Part shown: piece by piece, positions 39,406 to 51,421 of the stretch
Position numbering within the stretch: the first letter of the stretch is position 1
Layout: each line of letters begins with the position of its first letter
Source of the DNA: Octopus bimaculoides
Lineage: Eukaryota
Assembly: GCF_001194135.2 (NCBI RefSeq)
Contig: NC_068983.1
Location: 161,248,357 to 161,312,356, forward strand
Length of the DNA: 64,000 nt
Direction of reading: 5' to 3'
Position numbers and translations under genes: made by a program
Notes under the pieces: generated by a model
Seen by the model: only the letters and a program-made list of their open reading frames with translations
Databases searched by the model: none
What the model was told of the DNA's origin: nothing

Positions 39406-42400
39406 AACAACAAACAAAATGAGGACAAATATCCGTAAATTGGATTTCTCTCTATTTAAAAATTCTGTCGAAGCAAAATTCATAAGTCGAGCAGAGAAAG
39501 CTGGGGGATTAACGAATTAATAATAATGGTTAAATAAATCGCCGGTTAAAACCAAAATTTTTTATAAACAATAAAATTAAATATTTTAAGTAAGATGAAT
39601 ACTGCACACTGGCAGCATAGAGGTCTGAACCGGAAGTACTTAAAAAAATCATTATCGAAACTTTATTGTACATTATCAAGTAAAACATAGCTCAATGATA
39701 ACAATCATTTGGGCGAGGTTTTCCTATATTGACCGTGTAACTTTTTAGGAATTTCGGTCTTTTTGGAATCCTTGGCTAGGGGAAAAACTAAAACAACTGA
39801 TGCACATATGCAGTAAACTCCTTTTTTTTCTTCTTTCTCTCTCTCTTTCTTCAAAACGAAAATTCTGATAGCGTAACTGAGATTTTTCAGGTTGCCTGGC
39901 AAATTATGAGCATGTGAAAAGTCTTTAGAATATTCCATTATCGTCAGCAGAAATGTGAAAGTCGCAATATGTCTCCGATTCATCACTAAAAGAGAAAATG
40001 AGGAGTTTTCATCTGATGTTATGCCATTCTTTCTGCTGAAGGAAGCGTTTTCTATGAATTAGTCAAAAATGTACTTCGAAAGTGGGTGCTGAAGACTGAA
40101 AAACATCGTTGGAAGTATGAGCAGAATTCTTATAAGTTTCGTAACAAAAAAAAAAACACCTTTTCTGCTTCCTATTTATGGTTACTGTTATGAGCGCCTC
40201 CAAAATCTTGCTATCCAGAACAATGTCAGATTATGCAAAATATCTGTAGTTGGTGTAACGTAGTAGAAACGTGGTAGAAAGAGAACGCGAGCTAAAAGTG
40301 AAAATTAGGAAGAGACGATTTGTATTATATAACTCCCTTAAACTTGTTGCAATTTATAGGAACGCGAAGAAATTGGGTAAGACGGTTTGCCGAACATATA
40401 TATTCTCTGTAATTATGTTAGTTATATAAAGCAGTCATTTTTAGTGAGTCAAAATTTATAGTTGGCATATTCTTGAGAATAATTACGTGGCTTTAACTTT
40501 GATGTATGTAGTTTAACAGTTATGTGGGAAATGCTTGTATCGAACGAATAAATTATAAAGCACAATAGTTTGAAGAGCTATTCAGTCGTTCCTTAGAATA
40601 CTTAAATACTCTCATGATCTCCTTTCTGATGAATAGTATACTGTATAGGAAATTTAAAGCATTTCGAAATTCATTTTAATACAACTCGTAAAGATACAGG
40701 GCAATATAAAATCATTAACCTTTGACTAATTGTTCGTAAAATATTATTTGGATATGTTTAATGTTTATGTTTTAATAATCATTCAGATACGATAGTGTCT
40801 CCGAATGATAATTGTTCCTATTGAAGATCATAATTTAATTAATTATAGGGGGAAAATATTGCATTATTCCAGATGTGTAGTGCAGCCCGCTTGTACAGAA
40901 CAAACAAACAAGACAAAAACATACGGAGATGTTAACATTTGTTTCAGCTATAACGGAAATCTCAGCCCTCTCACTATTCATTGTAACCTGGGAAGTAGCT
41001 TTAGCGTTCTGAATCTTCTGTGCATATAATTCGAAATGAGTTCTAAATATCTATTAGAGATAAAGATTAGGAAGTAAAATTACACAAAATTCTGAAGTAC
41101 ACAACTTTCGAAGCTGCTCAAACTAATTTACATTTCATATATGTTAAAATTATTGTTTTAGATTTTAAATATGTTTTTAAGCAGGTATTGCAATGACGAC
41201 ATGCACATGTATGTATTTATGCACGTTTATAAGTAAATAAGGAATAGCTTTTCTTTCAATTGTGTGATATTAGAGTCCCTAAGTTCGAATTTGATCTAAG
41301 TTTATTTCATATATTCTTATGACTGTTATGGTTAGTATGTATGTGTGTGTATGCATATATGCATGTACGTATGCATGTGTATTTCATATCCTTCGTGTAT
41401 GCTGTTGGTAGCATACAGTCCAATGCAATATGTGATGTAGTCAGATCGTTGGTGGTTAAACCGGTATCTCACTAAGCTAGCCTAGTGAGAAAGGTGATTA
41501 GAAACACATCAGAAGGAAAATAAGATCCGTTAAAAGGACGGATTAACCTTGTTTAAGCTCCGCGGCTACCTAGCAACACTGAGCAGAGTTTTAGATATAA
41601 GCGAGATGATGGACGATCGTGATGACCACTGGAAATTTGGAGTAGACTTGAGCGTGTAAAGTCAGCTTATCTAAGAGAGGATCTATATGGTCAAAATCTA
41701 GTAGGTCAAGCCTGGTAGATGAACGAGTTCAAAATTGTTGTGCTTCAAACTTTTATGAGTGCATGAACTTGTTCTAGAGAGCAAAAACAATTTGCATGTC
41801 ATTTTGCTAAATTCTAACTTCAAAGTAAGATTTGGTACTTCAAAGTATTTTCCGAATTAAATTATCAGATGTGTTCGAATATCACCGAAATTTAACTAGT
41901 CATGTGTTGCAGAATTCTTTCTTACGAGGTCTCGGAATGAATGGACATGTTTGTTATAACTAAACTTGAGATTAGTAAATGTTAACTCCAATGTATTTTT
42001 TTTTTTTGTGTGTGTGCATTTTTTTTTTTTTTTGTTTGTGCATTATAATTATACACCCTATTCTTTTCTAAACAATGAGAATCCAAAACAATTCAGCAGT
42101 AATAATGCAATGACAGTTAAAAAATAATGTATTATGAAAAGAATATCTTGTCAGAATCAATATTCTTTCAGAAACCAAAAGAAATATTTTGATCCAAGTT
42201 TCTTAAAGTGTATAAGATCATTGGAAAATAACAATAAGGACTATCAAATAGTTTGGAGTACGCTACAACATTCAAAAGTTTATAAAAAGAATAACAAATG
42301 TTGTGTTCTTACATTTTGATACAAAATAATTATTCTATTTCCTAACGATTTAATTTAGAACAAACGCTCAGATTTGATATAATTTTGTCAAAATTCAAAA

Positions 42401-42709
42401 CATTTGTTTACATTTTTTGAAGTACTTCAATGCTGAAAAGCAAACAGAGGTGAAATAAGTCTTTGCTTGTTGTAAGAAAAAAAGACAAAACAAATTTCGT
42501 CGGCCGACTGAAATGAAAAACTCGTTATCTTTGTCATCATGCGTGATAACAACGATAAGCTGAAAGATTGCTACCCTTGCACAATAACGTTCCAATTAAA
42601 ACATAAACTATAACATGCTAAACTGAGCCATGACTTCTAAAATAATATATTCCCTACATAAATACAAAATCGCTTCATTAATTGCATATACATACCTGCA
42701 TTTATATAT

Positions 42710-42797
42710 ACACCGGTTCTCACTGGATCACCGGAGTTAAGCAACGTCGGGCCTAGTTAGAATTTACATGGGTGACCGCATGGGAAACATAGGTGCT
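42710..42797 (+). pseudogene. 5S rRNA fragment (about nt 25-113)
   Basis: ACACCGGTTCTC..GATCACCGGAGTTAAGCAACGTCGGGCC.AGTTAG...ATGGGTGACCGC.TGGGAA...GGTGCT follows invertebrate 5S, including the box A and box C regions. Confidence 0.85.
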
Positions 42798-43116
42798 CAA
42801 TGGTCTGATAGTCGGGCTTCTAATCATGAAGTACTGAGTTCGATTCCCGAAATGGGCTTGTGTTGTGTTCTTGATCAAGATACTTTATTTCACGTTGCTC
42901 CAGTCCATTCAACAGTAGAAACTAGTTGCGGCGTCACTGGTGCCAAGCTCTATCAGCCTTTACCTCTCCCTTGGATAATATCGGTGGCGTGGAGAGTGGA
43001 GGCCGGCATGCATGGACGACTGGTGGTCTTCCATAAACAACCTTGTTCGGACTTTGCCTCAGAGAGTACCTTTCTAGGTGCAATCCCATGGTTATTCATG
43101 ACCGAAGGGGGTTTCA

Positions 43117-43118
<2 letters not shown>
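42798..43118 (+). mobile_element. SINE family E (tRNA head with a Nin/Deu-like central domain) fused directly to the 5S fragment
   Basis: B box GAGTTCGATTCC, then GTTGTGTTCTTGATCAAGATACTTTATTTCACGTTGCTCCAGTCCA. Confidence 0.7.
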
Positions 43119-43159
<41 letters not shown>

Positions 43160-45025
43160 NNNNNNNNNNNNNNNNNNNNNNNNNNNNNNNNNNNNNNNNN
43201 NNNNNNNNNNNNNNNNNNNNNNNNNNNNNNNNNNNNNNNNNNNNNNNNNNNNNNNNNNNNNNNNNNNNNNNNNNNNNNNNNNNNNNNNNNNNNNNNNNNN
43301 NNNNNNNNNNNNNNNNNNNNNNNNNNNNNNNNNNNNNNNNNNNNNNNNNNNNNNNNNNNNNNNNNNNNNNNNNNNNNNNNNNNNNNNNNNNNNNNNNNNN
43401 NNNNNNNNNNNNNNNNNNNNNNNNNNNNNNNNNNNNNNNNNNNNNNNNNNNNNNNNNNNNNNNNNNNNNNNNNNNNNNNNNNNNNNNNNNNNNNNNNNNN
43501 NNNNNNNNNNNNNNNNNNNNNNNNNNNNNNNNNNNNNNNNNNNNNNNNNNNNNNNNNNNNNNNNNNNTATATATATATATATATATATATCATAATCTCT
43601 TCTAGCCCTTTATGGACATAGGGCAGATCTTGTCGCCACGTCATAGCAAAGTAGTATAGTGTATAACACACTTTTGGAGATAAAGAACTAATTATTGAAT
43701 TCAAGAACATAACTCCTCATCGTAGATTACCAGAGATCTCTTTTAAAACCCATAGGCCAAAATTCCAACAGACACTGTACATTCGATCAGTTACGTCATC
43801 AAAATCAGACATCGGTAAAACTGTTAAAAACAAAATTAAATAGAAGTTCACACTTTAAACGATTATAAATCTTGGTAGTTTCAAACAACACCATCGGAGT
43901 AACAGAATGATTAAAATCTATCTGCAGTAGGGAAAAGTGTAATTTCTAACTGATAAACATACAAGAGTACAACCCGCTTATTACAAAAATCTTTACATAT
44001 GACTGGTATTAACTTTACTAAATTCTTTACTAACATAAAAAAAAAAGACAAGCTATCAAATTTCAATATGAGCCGAAAGTCCGATGTTAATATGGGAGCT
44101 TACTGTTTGCTGGTGTTAGTGATATAGTAGATTTATATTTACTTTCAAAATTAGAAGTGAATTTCCATATGACAGTCTTTACCGATATCATAACCTACTT
44201 TTTCTAAATAATTCCAGTGCGAAACATGAACAGAATGAAAACATCGAAATTTTGAAAAACTCATTATTCTATTCACACCACAAACAAATCGAAACAATTA
44301 TATTAACAACCAAAGTAATCACTCCAATGTTATCATAAAGGATACAGTCGTAATCACATCTGTATGAATAAACTTTATGCCTATGAATAAATATTTAATG
44401 AAGTGGTTATTAATTATAAGAACGCCCTATCCAAAAGCAGATTCACTAACAATATAAAATATGCCAAAAATAAAATTAAGATGAGGAAACAAAAGGTAAT
44501 TTGATTTAGTCACTTTCTTTTTGTATGGCATTAGTAGCAGTAGCGGCAGCGGGGCATGAGCTGATACAGCACGTTGCTACATCCACCATTTGTTGGTGAT
44601 TCTGAGGTGACAACTCTCCAGCCCATAGGTCTGCTTGGGCAGGCGTTGCTGGTGAAGGTTCTTATGATGTGGAAGTGCAAATCCTACATACATCTTAAAA
44701 TTCGTAGAGCAAAGTTGTTGTGGTTGTTTTTTTTTTTTTAGATTATTAAACAAACACTTTCAATACTTTCACCTTCCATTTCACTAAATTTTTAATATAA
44801 AATGCAAACTTTGAAATTCCACGACGCCAAATTTTCCTAATATACACGCCTCAGCAAATACATATAAAATTGATAAATACCTAATAATACAAACAAAATT
44901 AATTTTAACTGTAGACATAACAATATATGCCTCATGAAGTCTAACAGGAACATTGTCTGAGAATGCAAAATGAAAAACAAAGATATATTTCGTAGTATTT
45001 AATAAACATTAATATTAATAGACGC

Positions 45026-45704
45026 TAAGGCGGTGAGTTGGCAGAATCGTTAACACGCCGGGTAAAATGCTTAGCGGTATTTCGCCCGTCTGTACGTTCT
45101 GAGTTCAAATTACACCGAGGTCGACTAAACCTTTCACCCTCCGGGAACGATAAAATAAGTACCAGTTGAACACTGGGGTCAATGTTACCGACATACCCCC
45201 ACGCCGAATTTCCTGGCCTTGTGCCAAAATTTGAAACCAATATTGATACACACTATAGCACTTTTATATTCACATATATAAGTGAAATGAAATACAGCAT
45301 AAAATGGACTAACATTCTTTTCTGCTCAAGGTGCAAGAGTTCGAAATTTATGGGAAGGGGGCCAGTCGATTAGATCGACCCCAGTACGCAACTGGTGCTT
45401 AATTTATCGACCCTGAAAGGCAAAGTCGACCTCGGCGGAATTTGAACTCAGATCGTAAAGACAGACGGAATACCGCTAAACATTTCGCCCGGCGTGCTAA
45501 CGTTTCTTATTTCTTTATTGCCCACAAGGGGCTAAACATAGAGGGGACAAACAAGGACAGACAACGGGATTAAGTCGATTACATCGACCCCAGTGCGTAA
45601 CTGCTACTTAATTTATCGACCCCGAAAGGATGAAAGGCAAAGTCGACCTCGGTGGAATTTGACCTCAGAACGTAACGGCAGACGAAATACCGCTAAGCAT
45701 TTTG
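45026..45704. mobile_element. Cluster of three family B SINEs (45026-45244 plus; about 45328-45504 and 45505-45704 minus)
   Basis: Shared core. The last copy has a different 3' tail (GTCCCCTCTATGTTTAGCCCCTTGTGGGCAATAAAGAAATAAG). Confidence 0.85.
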
Positions 45705-46323
45705 NNNNNNNNNNNNNNNNNNNNNNNNNNNNNNNNNNNNNNNNNNNNNNNNNNNNNNNNNNNNNNNNNNNNNNNNNNNNNNNNNNNNNNNNNNNNNNNN
45801 NNNNNNNNNNNNNNNNNNNNNNNNNNNNNNNNNNNNNNNNNNNNNNNNNNNNNNNNNNNNNNNNNNNNNNNNNNNNNNNNNNNNNNNNNNNNNNNNNNNN
45901 NNNNNNNNNNNNNNNNNNNNNNNNNNNNNNNNNNNNNNNNNNNNNNNNNNNNNNNNNNNNNNNNNNNNNNNNNNNNNNNNNNNNNNNNNNNNNNNNNNNN
46001 NNNNNNNNNNNNNNNNNNNNNNNNNNNNNNNNNNNNNNNNNNNNNNNNNNNNNNNNNNNNNNNNNNNNNNNNNNNNNNNNNNNNNNNNNNNNNNNNNNNN
46101 NNNNNNNNNNNNNNNNNNNNNNNNNNNNNNNNNNNNNNNNNNNNNNNNNNNNNNNNNNNNNNNNNNNNNNNNNNNNNNNNNNNNNNNNNNNNNNNNNNNN
46201 NNNNNNNNNNNNNNNNNNNNNNNNNNNNNNNNNNNNNNNNNNNNNNNNNNNNNNNNNNNNNNNNNNNNNNNNNNNNNNNNNNNNNNNNNNNNNNNNNNNN
46301 NNNNNNNNNNNNNNNNNNNNNNN

Positions 46324-46451
46324 NTTTTTGTTAAGAAGACTAAGAGTAAAAGATGTTTTATATGACGCATTCTATCAGTGTTGCAAGTTTCAAAGTGTTT
46401 CGTTAGTGTTTCGTTAAGAAAATACTGGCGCCCCCGTTTTAAAATAGATCC
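46324..46451. mobile_element. End of a second copy of the GGATC-terminated MITE (remainder in the gap)
   Basis: Reverse complement of 32341-32460, ending CCCCCGTTTTAAAATAGATCC. Confidence 0.8.
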
Positions 46452-47682
46452 AAATAATTCAATTGATAATAACAGAATTAATAATATAGGCGATTGTAGG
46501 CCCTCAAAAAGCATTAAATAACTGAAGGATTAAAAATTGTATTAATTAAAGTACATACTGTGTATGTCTACCTGCTGGAAATAACAGTCAAAACTCATAT
46601 TTAAACCGCCGAAAAATAACACTGACAATAACTACAGAAATCAACCTTGTGCGAGCATACTGGTCAAGAAAATCATCCAACATACCAATACAGCATCTAG
46701 CTATATATTTTCTAGTATTTAGACTCACGTGGACCGGTTTCTGGACTCGAATTATAGCCTCACCTTCCTCAGCACTTGTTACTACGATGAAAGAATCTCC
46801 AAAAATATAAAGCTGAATGCTATATTGCTATGTTGAATTATTTTCTTAACCCGTATGTTCGCAGACAGTTGATTCCGGTAGTCATTGTCAGTGTTATTTT
46901 GCGGCAGTTTAAATAAGTTTTGACTGTTATCTCTAACAGGCAGACACACTCAGTATGTCCTTTGATTAATATAAATTTTAATAGATATATATATATATTA
47001 AGAAATGGAGTTAAACGCAACTGTTATTCAAATCTTAATACTTCCGACATGTTTCGAAGAAAACATTGATATTATTCCTGAAGGAATAAAATGTTGTAAA
47101 ACAATGTAATCATCCTATCAGAGAAAACACATATATTTTTCCCTATCCAATAAGTGCTTACACATGCGTATATCAGTGCATAATTACTTGCAACGTCTAA
47201 AAGGGCATAAATTTGCCCATATCTATATATGGAAACGGAGATGTAACGAGGGGGAAGAGTTGGAGAATTTGGTGCAGGATTTTAAAGACGAAAAGGGCAG
47301 AAAGATGAAAAAGAAAGGGTAGAAACACGAGTTAGAAATAAAGGAGAGAATCTTCAAAAGCTGGTGAGTTCGAGTCCTATTTTTGTGGACTGATAGAATC
47401 TTTGTTGACTTCTGAACTATGTTGTACATTCTATGGTTTCACTAAAATTACTAATTAGATAATTATTTAGCTAATTAATAAATTAATTAATCAAACAATT
47501 GCTTTCTCAAATTCAAACAATATGAATGACGATTTACTTCATTTTTGTTCGCACTTCCGTGTGCAACGAAAGCTGAATTTTTCTTACCATACACACATAT
47601 GTATGTACGGATATATATGTTTGCATGTAGATAGATAGATAGACAGACAGACAGGGATTAATGGATGGATATGTTTATCGAA

Positions 47683-47731
<49 letters not shown>

Positions 47732-48099
47732 NNNNNNNNNNNNNNNNNNNNNNNNNNNNNNNNNNNNNNNNNNNNNNNNNNNNNNNNNNNNNNNNNNNNN
47801 NNNNNNNNNNNNNNNNNNNNNNNNNNNNNNNNNNNNNNNNNNNNNNNNNNNNNNNNNNNNNNNNNNNNNNNNNNNNNNNNNNNNNNNNNNNNNNNNNNNN
47901 NNNNNNNNNNNNNNNNNNNNNNNNNNNNNNNNNNNNNNNNNNNNNNNNNNNNNNNNNNNNNNNNNNNNNNNNNNNNNNNNNNNNNNNNNNNNNNNNNNNN
48001 NNNNNNNNNNNNNNNNNNNNNNNNNNNNNNNNNNNNNNNNNNNNNNNNNNNNNNNNNNNNNNNNNNNNNNNNNNNNNNNNNNNNNNNNNNNNNNNNNNN

Positions 48100-48144
<45 letters not shown>

Positions 48145-49400
48145 CATGCAAATACGTATATATACTTACCTTCATAGATATACGTACATAACATACATTT
48201 TATATCCTTCAATATGTTGGATATACAAATTTCACGAAGCGGAGATAGACACAACTGTCTTCACACGACGTACTTCAAATTACTCTACTAAACACAATAC
48301 TCCAATAAATGCAAACTCTCAACGACTTCCTCCGACTCACCAATACGCTACTCTTTATAAGAGTTCGGCTAGTCCATTCTTCCAATCTCATGGAAGTGTC
48401 ATTGATTGTTGCCAAAACAATACATACAAGAAAAATTTAAACAGCCCTCAATTTAAAACCCAACAGACCAGAAAATGTTGTGTGGACCACGAGAGAAAAA
48501 AATGTGCTCTGTTGTGAAAATCAGCTACCCTCTGGACCCAATGTCGTCAGAAAGGATTACTATTATTCAATTAGTTAAAAGTAATTATTTAACTAATTGA
48601 TTGCTTGACTAATCGTTTGATCGATCAAGTACTTGGTTTGTTGGAGTGTTTCTTCACTTTTTGCGTCTTCATCATTGACATATTTTCTTCTGCGGCAGAT
48701 CTGTCATAGCTTGCTCCAGTCTGTCACTGTCTTTCTTGACTAGAGTTAGCATTAAGATGACAATTATTGTTGTTGCTGTTACTGTATAATTTTGGCGCTG
48801 AATGAGACATTAAACTGCATGTGCTTGTGAGGCTTCACTTCAGGAGTTCAGAGGTTTTGAGTTGTATAGAGTTAGTCTATAGTCACCACTACTTCCAAGT
48901 TCACCCTGACTCGGAATATGAAAAGTTTCCAGTTATAGATCAAATGACAGAAGATCGTTCTGTGGTTAAGGTATGCAGTACTCAGGGGTTGGCTGGGCTC
49001 TAAACATGTCACACAGGCCCACTAATGTAGGGAATGCTGAAATGTCACGTGGACCGGTACCCCTGCATAAGGGTTAAATATGTCCTGCGCCTCAAAGGAG
49101 AGCTCGGGAGAGTAAATAACTTGCAGACAAACCACTGTTGTATCTTTCCAAAGAAAATCCATAAAACTTCAGATTTTGGTATGGCAGCCCATGATTGTCG
49201 ACACTTGTAAAACAGGATGGGACATTGAGACAGACAGACAGCGATCAGTTACAGGATTCATTAGGATCTAGGTATATCGATATGTAGGACACTAGGAATG
49301 GCTCGGCACTTAGTATCAAGCTCACAGTAAGTTGAACTAACTGATTAGTTGTCATTTGTTGCTACTATACTGTATGTATATAAACACACACACATCCATC

Positions 49401-49465
<65 letters not shown>

Positions 49466-49807
49466 GGATGGATGGACAGACAGACAGACAGACAGAAAGA
49501 GAGAGAGAGAGAGTGAGAGAGAGAGGTAGATAGCTAGACAGACATAGACATGTACATATATACATAGATACTAAATCCAATATAAACGGTAGACCCAATC
49601 CATAGTTGATTCCAAGCCTTTTGATTCTTTTATACAACCATAACTGCCCCCTATTCACCAGTCAGAACCATGCCTTCTGTGTCTCTGCCTCACGTTCTTC
49701 ATAAACTCTGCTGCTCTTCCTCAAAATATCACTTGTTTCACCATGGCAATTGGTGAACCGGTTATTTTCTGTTTCTACCACCTTACCTATTTACGTGTTT
49801 AAAATTT

Positions 49808-49989
49808 GCCTGATGATGGCGTGTTTTTGCTACAGTGTCATCTAAGAATGCATCTATGAAATGCTGCCGAAACAGCTGCGTTTGACCCTTTGGCAGATAA
49901 CTGATGAGAAGTTGGTGGCCTTCTGTTTTCTGTTCGCCTGTGTATTTAGTATACGTTCGGTTGTTTATTTACTACACGTTTTTGTGAAT

Positions 49990-49990
<1 letters not shown>
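49808..49990 (+). mobile_element. Penelope-like tail with degenerate tandem hammerhead motifs
   Basis: CTGATGA-T-GGC...GCC-GAAAC-AGCT-GC, then a second CTGATGA-GAAG..CTTC, then a T-rich tail. Confidence 0.5.
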
Positions 49991-50024
<34 letters not shown>

Positions 50025-50745
50025 TATTTTTTTCGTTTGTTGTCTTCTTTTTATTTGATCCTGAATATATACATATATATATATATGTATATATATGTAT
50101 ATATAATCAAAATAAATAAGCAACAGGATATCAAGTAGTAATGCAGTACGATCGTTTCAAGCGGTTCCATTTAATTGAATTATGCAATCATTACATCAAT
50201 TTGAATGCAGTACCCTTTTTATTCATCTTACTTCGAGATGTGCGGATTATACCGGAGTGACTTGGTGCTTCAACTTAAGTACCTAATTCAACTGAATCTC
50301 AATTATATATATAGTCAATTCAAATAAACGAATAAAAACCAAACGTGAGGACGTGCACAAGAAATGTATTAGCTTGATGCTCAGTGAAAAAAGAGAGTTT
50401 GACGCTTCGAGTATAGCACTTCGTCGCAAAGAAGAAAGGAGAAAATCCAAAGCCGGAAAAGATATCACCAATGGCATATGTGTAGTTACATTGTTGATAT
50501 ATATATATATATATATATATATAAGCAATGTTAATTCTCTATATATATATATATTTATATAAAGGGCATTATTACAGAAAAATAATAATATATATATGTA
50601 TATATAATAATATATAATAATATATATGTATATATTAATGTATATATTAATGTAGGATTACTGAAACATACCTGAAATTTACAAGAATGTGCTGTTATTA
50701 TATAAAGTCAATATGTCAATATAAATCTCTTTATTTCTGTTACAG

Positions 50746-50816
50746 GTTAAAACAGATTGCTTTATTACTTTTCTTTCTTTGTCGGACGATGGCCAGAAGT
50801 ACTAAAGGAAAAGACG
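50746..50816 (+). CDS. chrdl: Chordin-like exon, signal peptide (LKQIALLLFFLCRTMARSTKGKD)
   Basis: Acceptor TTTCTGTTACAG and donor G|GTAAG. The phase-1 end fits the next exon. Confidence 0.75.
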
Positions 50817-51019
50817 GTAAGTTAGTTATTCTCATTAGTAAATTCTTGCGAACTATTAATAGTAACCAGTTGTGATTGTAATTTTTGTTATTATTGTGCC
50901 TACTAAAAATAATCTAACATTGGAATGAAAGCACTTAATTATAAAAGCTGGTCTTTAAAAAGCTATTTAACTGTTTAACATCAACTGATTAAGTGCCGAC
51001 ACATTTTTTCTTTTTTTAC

Positions 51020-51180
51020 CAGTGGTTGTATTTTTGCTTCCCTACCACATGGTTCCGGGTTCAGTTCCACTGCTTGGCACCTTGAGCAAGTGTCTTGGGC
51101 TGTCCCAAGCCTTGAGAGAGAATTTGGTAGACGGAAACTGAAAGAAGCCTGTCGTATATATACATATATGTGTGTGTGTG

Positions 51181-51251
<71 letters not shown>

Positions 51252-51388
51252 CACTCCACTCCCGCCTTCGCTTGACAACCGATGCTGGTGTGTTTGTGTC
51301 CCCGTAACTGTGTCTTCGACTAAAATCCTTTAAGGCGGTGCTCCAGCATGGCTGAAGTCAAATGACTGAATCAAGAAAAAGAATAAAA
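51020..51388 (+). mobile_element. SINE family C
   Basis: Head, (TG)n centre and tail. Confidence 0.85.
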
Positions 51389-51389
51389 T

Positions 51390-51421
<32 letters not shown>

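Larger units (their letters stand above)
38941..39439. mobile_element. Family D element as head-to-head inverted arms (38941-39219 minus, 39221-39439 plus)
   Basis: A box TGGCGTAGTGG 39226-39236, B box GAGTTCGATTCC 39269-39280, an (AAT)n linker, a hammerhead and a tail. TSD TTGGATTTCT(CT)CTAT at 38927-38940 and 39440-39455. Confidence 0.85.

Noticed and set aside
6387-48254. Long ORFs containing X runs
   Set aside because: Their length comes from assembly N gaps.
48146-48517. 123-aa ORF
   Set aside because: It starts in a microsatellite flank and has no recognisable family features.
49040-49078. piggyBac-like end (AGGG-TTAA)
   Set aside because: No matching left TIR was found.
50687-50745. 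In-frame ATG upstream of the signal-peptide exon as the true start
   Set aside because: Not excluded, but a strong acceptor at 50745 and a phase-matched upstream exon make this stretch more likely intronic.
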